In this document: piece after piece, positions 52,951 to 64,000 of the stretch
Layout: every line of letters begins with the position of its first letter
Numbering within the stretch: position 1 is the stretch's first letter
NCBI RefSeq assembly: GCF_031769215.1
Contig: NW_026782329.1
Coordinates: forward strand, 1,488,001 to 1,552,000
Length of the DNA: 64,000 nucleotides
DNA from: Ylistrum balloti
Taxonomy: Eukaryota
Direction: 5' to 3'
Notes under the pieces: generated by a model
What the model was told of the DNA's origin: nothing
Database searches by the model: none
The model's input: only the letters and a program-made list of their open reading frames with translations
Translations under genes and position numbers: made by a program

Positions 52951-54994
52951 CCAAATTGTTAAAAAAGTATCGTCTCTTGTTATTTGCAACATTATTATAA
53001 AACCGTATAAAAATAATTGAGGAGACTCGTGCAACAAAATATAGGTGCAAATAAAAACAACAGGAACTTACCGACACCAGAATAAAGTTTGTTTACCAAC
53101 AAAGACATGAAAACCGCTACAACAACAGAAGCAGAGAAGGTAAAACAATAAACACTTCTAGAACAGAATCAAATTTCATTTTGTTAAAACACAATGACCC
53201 GGAAACGCAATTAGGAGCTCCAGAAATGTAAGATTTTTTCTTTACAATGCAAGAGTGTCCTCTATCATTCATTTTTCAAAATCAGTGGCACGTTGACTAA
53301 TAATTGACCTCTGTAGACAACTCTATGAAGTGAACTTAAGTCGTAGCCCTAGAGATACTGCAGTGCAGACTGAAATCAGTGACTTCAACAGGACGGGTGT
53401 TTCACCTACCACCGGACATTTCAGGTAGTTTGAAGAATACTTAATGTATAATAACAAGTAGATTTTAAAATACTGGAGAGACTACAATATCTATGGGAAA
53501 GAATTAAGCGTTAGTGAACTTTAACACGTCCGATTTGAAAACACAGTAATGGTGCCCTAATATCATTTATTGTGGAAGGCATGGAAATGTGAAGCAGACA
53601 AAGCTGTCAGCAAAAAAATGACACAGTTGTCATTAACATGTCTTGTAAAATGTTCGACTTATAAGCAGCCAATGACAGAGCAGGCGGAAATGTTTATATT
53701 TATTTATGTTTTGCCCCAGTTTTATTGAATTCGAGTCTATATCCTGATTTTGTTTACATGTTGGTCGTCCCTTGTTGTGTATGACAGAAGATTGCACTCT
53801 GTAGTGTTCCTGTTATATCAGACATGTAACAGACATTATTGATTGGATGTTATCTCTACCTAGTTTGTATCTGTTTTCTTTAAATTCAAATTTCTCACAC
53901 CAAACGAAATCAACAATACCCAGACGATACAGAATAGATAATTTTTCCATTGTCTTTTTCGATGACGCGCTTTCATTATTGATGATCTTCATGCTTGACT
54001 GCACACTGGGACTGGGCCAACGAACGAATCAAAACATCACTGACATTGAATTAGGTAATGGTTTGACATCTGTAAAGATAATCTTATGAAACTAAATTAA
54101 CTTTTCACAAATTATGAATGTTATGGTGATAAGTGATACTAGACCTTGCAAATTTTTTGCTTGGATAATGTAGAGGAGAACAGCTGATAAATAGATTTTT
54201 TGTCATGGATTGAAGCTTTGAATTATATCTTACACGGCAACGATAAAATAATTTGAAAAAAAACCGGCACCTGCATATAACTAGAAACGATCGACAGCTA
54301 CATCAGCTGTGGTGATGGAGATGTCATCATAAAAAGATTAATACTGACTTATAATGTAGTAGCATTGTTAGTTTAAAATTCGGTCATAAAAAAACTGGTA
54401 AAACAATAGAATGCTAGTTGTTCCTTGATAAAACATACATGTTACATAAATAGGTAAATGTTTTCATTGTTGTCAGAAATTGTTGCCATTTGTTTAATGA
54501 AGGAATGTGAAAAAAAACTTCATTATTAAGACTGGATGAGTATTTACTTAACCCCTAGATATTAGTCTGTAATGTGTTGGCTACTCACAAATATAACACC
54601 GTAACATTTCAATAATGTCTGGTAAGCTGGCCTAGTAACTATTCACGCTGGGCCCAGATGTGGTTTTTTTCTTCAGGTTTAAAGCTGTAGAACATTGTAG
54701 TTAAGACCCAGGAAAGTAACTCTCTGCATTCAGCGGTTTTCATGTTACCAATTAGTTTTATGCTGGTGCTTAAATATCACGCCTTCTATAAAACTTTTCT
54801 TTTGCAAACTGAGGATATAAATAGCACATTAAGATATATGGACAAACTGATTGTACGATGATAACTATATAGTGCTGTCCTTATATACTTACAGTAAACA
54901 TAATTATGAAAAAAATATTTACAAACCACATGGAAATTAAGTAAACAGACTTAACATTTTAATCCAACCCTTCCTTTCAATCACTTACGATCTT

Positions 54995-55075
54995 TCTCAT
55001 TCGTTTCCTAAACTTAAAAATTTAGGCCCTTAGTGTCACTGACGAGTCATGGAAGGACGAAACAGCTTTGTATTA
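54995..55075 (+). ncRNA. Solo truncated copy of the hammerhead-bearing element (sense strand, stem I lost)
   Basis: tttaggcccttagtgtca-CUGACGA (55039-45)-GUC-AUGGAAG-GAC-GAAAC-AGCUUU-GUA-UUAAAA. The 5' flank matches the other copies, but the 3' strand of stem I is not complementary. Confidence 0.7.
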
Positions 55076-58000
55076 AAAGGTGCTATTCACTCGTGTGTCT
55101 TTTATACAACCTTCCCTGTGTCATACTTCTACCAATTATCATTTCTACGTAAAAAATCAATTTAAATATATATGAAAGGGAAAAATATATTACATTAATG
55201 ATTAAGCCTCACGTGAAACAATAGCTGTGAATAAGACTGAAAACAGCTGCACGAGCTATTACGTAATACCTGCCACTGACGTATATTGATTTCCTGTCAT
55301 TGTGTTAAACACCTATAGAGATGTTTTATTGGTGTAGCTCAAAAGATTGGTGATTTAACCAGATAAACAATCCCACAGTAGGATTTTGACGTTGAAATCA
55401 TACCCTACAGAATGACATAACATAGGCGTGATATGTCGGTAACTAAGGAATCTAATTAATATGTAACAAACGTAGTGGGAATTTGCTTTTTACCCAAAAA
55501 CAACGAAAAACAAACTGCAATAACATTTGAATTTTAAATAATTTCCTCCGAACGGAAGCGTGTTTAACAATCATTTCCCGTAGCATGGTGCACTGAATTT
55601 TAATCCTGTTCAGCTGTCACATGATTTTATTGTCATATTTAAAGCGGCCCATTCTACAAGTGGGAGGTAATCTATACAATAATTAAAGCGATACATTCTC
55701 GGAGTTAGTCATGCAATATCAAGGAACTGTATTCCAGAGCTAAATAGATTATGTACATATGTATATCCAATGCATGCGCGATTTATATGGCAGGACGTGC
55801 ATGCACGTGGTCATTCTAATAACTCTTAGTTTTTCACGATAACGTATAAGAAACATAATTGTGCATTTTGTAACTGAAATTGTAAATCAATTTCTCTTAA
55901 TTGGGTCAGCAAAATAGACATTGGAGATAGATAAAATTTTTGATAACAGTCTCATGAACTGACCAGCAATGACTTAAATACATTTCCTGGACTGACCATT
56001 AGTTACTTGAATAAATCCCTTAGACTAAACAGTATCGATTCAACGCCTCGGATTGGTCAATTGTAGTTTCGACAATCGCTTTGGCAAATATGTTTTTATT
56101 TATTTTCCTTTAATGTTACCGTCTGACTAGTAATTTTTTGAATACGTCCCTTAGACTGACGTGTAGATTGTCTGACCAGCTGTAACTTTGATACACACCT
56201 GTGACTGACCAGTCGTTTAGGATAGACCCACGGCCGATCAGAATGTTTAAAAGTTGATACACAGAATAAACCACTGCTGATTTGAAAAAACCTCTTGGAA
56301 TGATAATTTATGATTTAAATAAAGGTATAGAATGGAGATGTATTTAAATTCAAAAGAATGAAATTCTCTAAATGTGCTGACTGTATATGTTTTAACAACC
56401 ATTTGCCAGACTCATTCATACAATATTTGAAGTATTGATTCTTGTGAACCATTACCGCCCACATCGCACACTCCATACGGGACACGCTTGATCACAGACA
56501 GACAACAACATGTTCATGGTCCACTTAATGCTACGACACGTTAGGTTATTATTGTAATGTTAACTGTCTTATATAAGATTATGTAAGTATACACGTGGAT
56601 TATTACTCGTGGTGAACACTTTTAAACTGTCGTCTATATTGTAGATATATTGATATTTGTAAAGTGTCAAGCTTTAAGTATATGATACAGAAGTAGCCCG
56701 CATTTGTTTGTACTCTCGTTGACGAAGCTGTAAGGGGCGAGCGTTTGGTCGCCGGTCTAGACAGTTGGCGGTACATGGATTATGAAATATTGACGAGACT
56801 TTGATCCTATCACAGCAGGCAGTTAGGTTTTTGCATGGTTTTGCTCTTTCTGCAGCTGTTTTGTTTCCTAGTTTTTTGTTGTTTGTTTATAGTTTTCGGT
56901 TTGCTTGTCGAGTGCTATCTGGGTCTCCAGATCATCACATATTGCCTTTGATAATGGCCCAGGGGTATTCGGGAACTGAAAAAGAGGATACTGGGAACCC
57001 CATGCCATGCATATGGTCTGGCTTAATCTGCACACTGTAAAAACATTTACCGTGAAACACGTTTCCAATGCGTTTGCACTGTTAATGTATTTTACTTATA
57101 TGTTTTAAGCAGACTTACGTTTCGTTAGTTTTTTGTTGTTACTCATCAGATATTGAAAAGCTTTTGGAAGTACCAGGGAGGATGGAAAACCTCGATTTCC
57201 GACCTAAAAACGAACCAACACCTTCACGAAATAATGCTTAAAATGTATCAACAAAACAAATAAGTACGTGAAAAAACCAGAATGTATGCTACTTTACAGA
57301 CAGTTGAATCGGTTGTTTCCTGAAGTGACTCTAATATGATACAAAGGACATCATAGTTGAATTCGAGGATTAAGGTATATTGGAAGGATGTTGTTGTACA
57401 GTGAATAACGTGCACAATGTTTGATATATTCACACACGTGTAACGATAGAAGATGCAGGCTTGTTACTCGGGGATCACCAGCTACGTTCAAGGTTACATA
57501 TTAATTGAAACCTGCTCTTGGTGTATGAACATTCTTATTTAAATCGTGGAGTTTTTACCACAGGGAGGTAAAACGAGAGTGTTGTTATCAATGTTGACAG
57601 ATATTCTGAGAAGTTATCGTCGCTGTAAAAACCTTAGAGAACACATTTTCAGCTGATTGGGTTACTTAAAATGCAGTTGCTGCACCGATTATGATGTAAT
57701 TCTAAAGAAGTTTGCACCGGACAACAAAGTATGTTTTATGGAGTGAGGAAGGTGTGGGATTAGATTGTTTAGCCAACAAACACTTATGGTTCGTGATGTA
57801 GTTTGGCCATACGTACCAAAAATATCATTCGTCAAAGTTTTTATCGAAAACCTTTAGTTCAGGTTTGGCTTCGAGATTGAAAGTCTGTTGCACAGCCATC
57901 ACCTCACATCGGAGTTTATGTTGAATAATCACAGCCGCAGTGTTTGGGCATATGTCGAACAGAGCAGATTTGGAAGACGTGTTTCTTAATAGAAACTCTT

Positions 58001-58811
58001 CGTTTAATGTATTCTGGACAGTCTTCGTCGGTGCAAAAGCTGACTATATGATGTATCGGTCCTTTCATAAGGACAAATCAATCGAAACACCAAGGTTAAT
58101 TAACTATACATAGCGACCGAATGTTAGTCAGGAAGACTAATTAATTATCTAATTAGACGTTGTTCAATCTTGTCAAGGTTGCTTAAACTTCATTTGTTGT
58201 GGACATGTACTTTTGAATTTGTGTCGGATTTCAACTATACTGGAGGAATCGACTACGACATTATTGTATCATCAAACATCAAAAACTAGAATAAAGTAAT
58301 CTGGTCATCTGCCTGTGAGAAACAGTCTGCTGATGGTACAAGATGGACGACTATGTCTATGAAGGAGTATTTCCCTGTTGGGAGGAGGAAGGTGGTGGGG
58401 AGGAGTGTTTTTGGGCGACGGATATGAGAGCAGTCAAGAATGGCCATATTAGCACCGACCCTGATGTCGGCCTGTCCCCCGGGATGGAGTGTGTGGTGGG
58501 TGCTGACTCGCCCAGTCGATAAATGCTCTTTCCTTTGTTTTGTTTTTATTTTTTTTTTGTATTAAGATTTTGATGACTAAATCTACGTAGATTCTAAACA
58601 GGGCATGAGCTTCTCAAATGGTCGATATGAAAATCAATACAAGCAATAAATTCCTGGATTATGAGTTTTATTTAGTAAACACTATACGTATGTAAAGTTA
58701 GTGTCAGTTTAGTTAAAGTTTAGCATGGATAGTGTTATAGTATCTGTACGGTATTATTTACATAGTGTTTTAGCTGTGATGTTAATGTTTTGTTAACACT
58801 ATATTTTACAG

Positions 58812-58931
58812 ATCCGAGGGAGCCTATACAACCCCGGTTGGCAATATGACTCCAAGGCCATCGAGTTTAACCATCGCCGAGATATGTTCGGGAAGATGGA
58901 GAAGAAAAAGACGTCACTTGGAACATACAAG
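58812..58931 (+). CDS. Hil: Hillarin-like protein, coding exon 2 (IRGSLYNPGWQYDSKAIEFNHRRDMFGKMEKKKTSLGTYK)
   Basis: Acceptor ttttacAG| at 58811 and donor AAG|GTCAGT at 58932. 120 nt, open in phase 0 and GC-richer than its flanks. Joining to exon 1 gives ...NEQ-IRG..., the continuity I recall for hillarin. Confidence 0.8.
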
Positions 58932-60759
58932 GTCAGTGATAAAATAAAGATAAAAATAAAAAGTTCATAAGGTAGTTTTAAGTTTCATTAAGTTTCGTTG
59001 ACAAGTGAGTCATCTTACTAAAAACTACATACGCAACCTGGAAGAATCTGGCATGAAGATTCAAGCAAGCTTGTTCATATTCAATAGAACCCTATGTCTC
59101 CCAGGCCATCCTCCTCCCTTTGTCATTTTTTATGGTCATCAGACCAATATGTCAATAGAACCTTGCTGTTCTTTTGTTTACAAAAGGTTGTGAAGATAAT
59201 ATTCAGTCTCTGAGATTTCTTCTATATTTTTATGTGATGTCTTAGAATTAATTCCCTTTATTGTTTTATTATCTACAAAGTTAACACTTTACTTCCACAG
59301 AATAGGGAAATAAACTGCATGCTTCATTGTAAATTACACCCTACAAATATTCACCGAATTCATCAATAAAAACTCCTCTAAAAAGGTCTGATGTCGCGGT
59401 GATGCAGCCTCCATTGCTGTTGACATAACGCAGTGTCTATTAGATGATATAAACTGCGCTACAGCAGACATAAAAGTCTCCTTTAGGATGAAGTCGTTAT
59501 GTAGTAATTGCTATAGATATATATCGACAAGCCTTTCTGTTGTAACAGCTGTATATGAGACGATTGATACAAGGAACAAACGGGATGTTTAAGAATTGAA
59601 TATCTATCTTGCTAACCCTGAATACCTACACAAGTATGTAACGCTAAAGACCAATTACAATACTTTAATGAAGAAACTTCATTTCACGGCATGTAGTGAT
59701 ATGATTTAGAAAGTCAATTAGAAGCAGAGTTGTATAAATGTGCATGTTTATTACCTCCATATATGTCTGTTTCTGAAAGCTTTCATACCTCGTGAAAATA
59801 TTGGTTTGAAAATACCAGCATGTAACATACAGACTTTAACACATGACAGTTAATGACTTCTGTCATCAAGTATCTCTGTTCTGACAATCGTTAACATTCC
59901 TCAATAAAACATACCGTGACAAGTATACGACACCATTACTAATAAAATATATTTGTTGTTAGCAAAATCTATAGTTGCATATATGACCGTGTACACAACA
60001 TTGACTGAGTATTTTCTTCAAACCTATTCGCCTTCTGAATTGGTTCCTCTTCATCACTAGTTTTGCCCTCTGCCCTTTTTATCCGAAATAGGAAATTATT
60101 CTAAAGGGTATTCCGTTTGTATCATTAATTATGTTCCATAGTTTTTGCATGTTTTATCATTGCATCACATTGCATTATTCAGGTTTAAATATCTAAATCA
60201 ATTGACTTATTATCAGAAACAGATCATTCTGAAGGATATTTTACAAAGTAGTACCAATATAAATAAATGTGTTGCTTGGAATTTATGAATGAATAACCTG
60301 TTTTTGTTTGAGTTTGAACTGAAAAAATATTCATGTAACAAAAATATTCGTTGCCATTGTTTCCTACTTAAAAAGAAATGACGACGGTATCATTAGTGGA
60401 AATTCAAGGAAATGTTCTGATATAAGAAATATAGTTTTAGGAACGGACGTTTGAGATTGATAATTTTATGTTGTGAATTCTTTAATATCAGCGATTAAGT
60501 AATGCTAGTCCTGTGGTACAATGTCTGAATACAAATTAACAGGGTAGTGATAAATCCAATCACGGTAGAAAGACTACAGGGTAAGGACACGGACGAGAAA
60601 TTATACATGTAGCCAATATTTGCTTCATAAATATTGCAGTGCACTCAAAGATCCAATATGAACGACGCAAATCTGAATACATTTAAACGGCACTTTTTCA
60701 GAACCAAACACGGAGCGTGTCCGGCAAACATTTCATCTTGAAAATGCCAATACGTATTT

Positions 60760-61700
60760 GGCTTTCAATAATGGCGTACCTGACAGAGTTTGACCTAGTA
60801 GTTCTTGATCATTTTGAATCTGGTCCTAATAGATTAAGCTCACCCTGAAACTGAGTTCGCTGCAGCATGCTTTCATTTTGTTCTTTATGACATGGTCTTC
60901 TTCGAGATGGTACCTTGAAAAAAATCGCAAAGGACAGTAGTAGTTGTTCCAATAAAGAACATGTTCTTACATATCATTTCACTTGATTGTCATTCTATGA
61001 TGCGTATTTTCTATGCTCTATATATACAGATCATTACGCTGAATACTGTCCCTCTCATAAAGCTTTTGGTGAATTTCTGCTTGATAAACAGTAAAACAAT
61101 ACATAGTATTAGTAATCACACGTTTACTGTCATGTTAAATGGTCGACTTGACCTAAATACCAAATGTTCTCAACCGTTCTCATTGTTGTCGGAAATAACT
61201 CCTTTTCGTCCTAAATTATACTCCATTTTGAAGTTTCTATTCCAGAAACAGACTTCGCATGCTTTGCTGAGATTTAGTTGCGATATGGTAAATTATTACG
61301 TAACGTTATTCAGGTTTTCGTTGATATAAGTTTTCCCGATGCATTCGGAACTCCCCATCTGGTAATATATAACGACTTTATTCCTGGCTGGGCCTTTGGT
61401 GTTATCATAGCCACACATGTCATCACTTGTTTGAAGTGGAGTTTTGTTTTTGTACCACCGACAGTTCCCCAAAAACAAGACCACTTAGATCATTGTACAC
61501 AGTATGGTTACAACCTCCCAGTGGCCTCCGGGCAACGATCCTCACTTCAAAGTCATGCCGACAACTTTTTATTACAAGTGAGGAATTTTCTATGCGATTG
61601 CTATCTTAAAGTGAACAACTGCATTTTCACTTTTTTTGAAACTTCAAATTGTTCGCCGTTTGGTTTTGTAAATTTCACCACATCTAGAGAGAATAGTAAG
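60760..61700 (-). mobile_element. Decayed Ty3/gypsy-like integrase fragment, antisense in intron 2
   Basis: One minus frame with scattered stops gives, in integrase order: FLTCNKK (Zn-finger remnant), GTVGGTKT..LHFKQV (cf. DIxGP..DxFxK), LYITRWGVP (cf. ITRxGxP), SGIETSK (cf. LGIxKTxT), RTVENIW (cf. RTLExML) and SSRNSPKAL (cf. TGxSPxxL). The + ORFs at 60961-61329 and 61278-61769 look like its antisense shadow. Confidence 0.45.
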
Positions 61701-61920
61701 GAAATAGCAATGTCGGTCTTCAGGATTGGCTATGTCAAAATCAAATTTCAACACGATTGTGTTATTTAATGTTTGTTTTCCAGATGAAGGCGTTGGGTGT
61801 TCATTCATGATGCAGGTCATTTTTTAGAATTCCATTTTATTTATTCATTCTGGATTCCCAATTATTTTACCTAGTAATTTTAAAACAATGAGGTTTATGA
61901 TGTTTTGATCAATATTGCAG

Positions 61921-62055
61921 GATTTTGAATCGTTAGGAGTGTTTGACGCCCAGTCTGTACTAGAACTACAACAAAAAGAGGAGGAAGACAGACTGTATGA
62001 GCGATTTCACGAGGACAGGACCAAAATGGTCCAGCGGCTGGAGGCTGAACTCAAG
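61921..62055 (+). CDS. Hil: Hillarin-like protein, coding exon 3 (DFESLGVFDAQSVLELQQKEEEDRLYERFHEDRTKMVQRLEAELK; coiled-coil-like)
   Basis: Acceptor attgcAG| at 61920 and donor AAG|GTGAG at 62056. 135 nt, phase 0 at both ends, charged helical composition. No stop codon, so the gene continues past the window. Confidence 0.82.
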
Positions 62056-64000
62056 GTGAGGAAAACCAACATCTAAAACGGTTTGGCCATTATTTTGCAG
62101 TTTTGTTGCATGACAAGATTTTTTTAGGGGTTAAATACATTGCATAAATCACATGAATTATAAGATACGTTAAATGATGATTACACAATACAGGTATTCT
62201 GTAACATTTCATAAAAGTGTATGTACGCATGATAGTGGCTTGTTCAAAATGTTGACATTTAGTTTTGATTTAAGACCATTTACATTTGTATTTGTGAATA
62301 TTTCTTCCATTTTGTAATAGTTTCTCCGGCCAGATAAACAATTTCTTGTGATTTAAAATTGTTGTTTACGGAAAAAATCCTGTATTAAAGTTGAAGGGAC
62401 ATTTACAATCATACAAACTAAAACATGCGTCACACTGGTGATTCCATATATCTTTGTGAATTGTTTAAGAAAAACACATCTTCACGCAGGAATGACACAA
62501 CATCTACCGTCCTTTCCTGTCGATATGCTTTGAACGAGTAGATTTTGACTGTAATACACAGGTTGTATATAAGAAATAAACGTATATTAAAACGTACAAG
62601 CTAAAATATGTTTTTTAATTGTTGCCATAGGTGTTTGGATGTAACGACGAAATAAAGTTGGTTTATTGGTTGATTGAAAGCATAATTGATTGATTGATTG
62701 ATTTTTATGGAAATGCCAATATGTCTTGATACTTCTAATGCATTGTACAATGTATAACGCTGTAACACTACTACTCTGATACCTTTACTACAATGACGTT
62801 TCCGTGGCAACATAAGGGTACTATATTGTCAAAATGCTGTTCTACGACACCAAAGTTTCTAATGAAGTCGCTGGTATACTTAGGTAGTCGTTCTCTCCTT
62901 AATATAAGCGCTCTATGTTAATTATGTCCAATTATATATGGATCGTTCACATAGAAATTCCCTGTCCGACACATAAGGTATAAACTTTGATGTTATAATT
63001 GTTCAGATTGTACAGGTAGCTATGATACTTTATACAAAATAAAAGAATACACGGAATGAGCGACACAACAGTTACAACGGTTTGAAGTCGTAATTTTGGC
63101 TTGGCTAAGGATAACCAATGATAGAATGTGTCTGGTGACCTATACATTCGTATCTTCAGGCTAAAACAGAATTCAAAGTGGTATATTGACGAGTGGGTAG
63201 TTAATAATCCATATTAGTTTTATTTTGAAAAAATGTATTAAAATACACTAGCTTAGCTTTATTGTTTTAATGTGTCAGATGTCACATTTGTCTGTCCGTC
63301 AGTATTTGGTAGTTATGGTAATCGTGAGTTGGGACTAGAATCTATACTAAAGAAGGGCTCTTACAAACAGCACATCATTTAACCTTCAAACGACCGAATA
63401 CACAATGCATTATTGGTGGATTCAAGCAATCATCTCCTAGGAACAATTTTTAGATATACATACGAAAATAGCCTTACTCAAGAGACTGTACGAGTAATTA
63501 GGTTTTAAAGAGTGCAAAATACCATCACATTTAAGTTATTGGTAAAATCTCACCAAAATCACATAAAATGCCGCTTGTAACGAGAAATTTATCTCGGGCT
63601 TGTGCTTATCTCCCGAGAGGGACATGAAAGGATTGCTTATTTGAAAAAAAAACAACAATGTCAACAGAATCATAATCCAAATTTGAACAAAAGAAAATTT
63701 AACACGGAAACTCCTGAACAAACTACAAAGAGAATAAGAAGAGTAAGAAACGTCTGCTTCATCGACGACACCCGTCGTCCTTTGTATATTTTTTCTTTGA
63801 TGCTGACTTATTTTTAAGAAATACGCTTCAGTATTTTCAAAACAAAAATATTTGTACCGCTGATATACGCTTTAAATTCGTATTGCAGCTGTTTAAAATT
63901 CATTTAAAACGAATTCCCGTTATCAATTGAACAAGCATGTTAAGTTTCAAATTCTTTTAAAACGAAATCCCTTTATCAATGGTAATTGTTCGCCTATTTA

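Noticed and set aside
61785-61817. Small AG...GT bounded segment before exon 3 (possible micro-exon)
   Set aside because: It contains an in-frame TGA in phase 0, and exon 2 joins exon 3 cleanly without it.

Overview
This is eukaryotic, AT-rich, repeat-rich genomic DNA; the style suggests a marine invertebrate such as a bivalve, but that is inference. No prokaryotic features, CRISPR arrays, rRNA or genuine tRNA genes were seen. The window holds the 5' part of one + strand gene for a Hillarin-like LIM-domain protein. It has a CCAAT/GC/TATA promoter (about 1074-1217), coding exon 1 at 1524-1850, an intron of about 57 kb, exon 2 at 58812-58931 and exon 3 at 61921-62055, and it continues beyond the window. 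All junctions are GT-AG and phase 0. The large intron carries about 18 tandem-repeat arrays (about 12-13 kb in total), a tRNA-derived SINE and several decayed coding or retroelement relics. Most ORFs in the supplied track are repeat artefacts or chance frames. The main finding is a family of minimal type I hammerhead ribozyme (HHR) motifs in which the 45-bp repeat unit is essentially one whole ribozyme. It occurs as two antisense tandem arrays: 33010-33542, with no canonical core, and 39368-39681, with four canonical cores. There is also a perfect solo copy at 39761-39804 that defines a 122-nt ribozyme-to-ribozyme unit, and two damaged sense-strand copies at about 34792 and 55033. All protein-family calls come from motif recognition by eye and need database confirmation.
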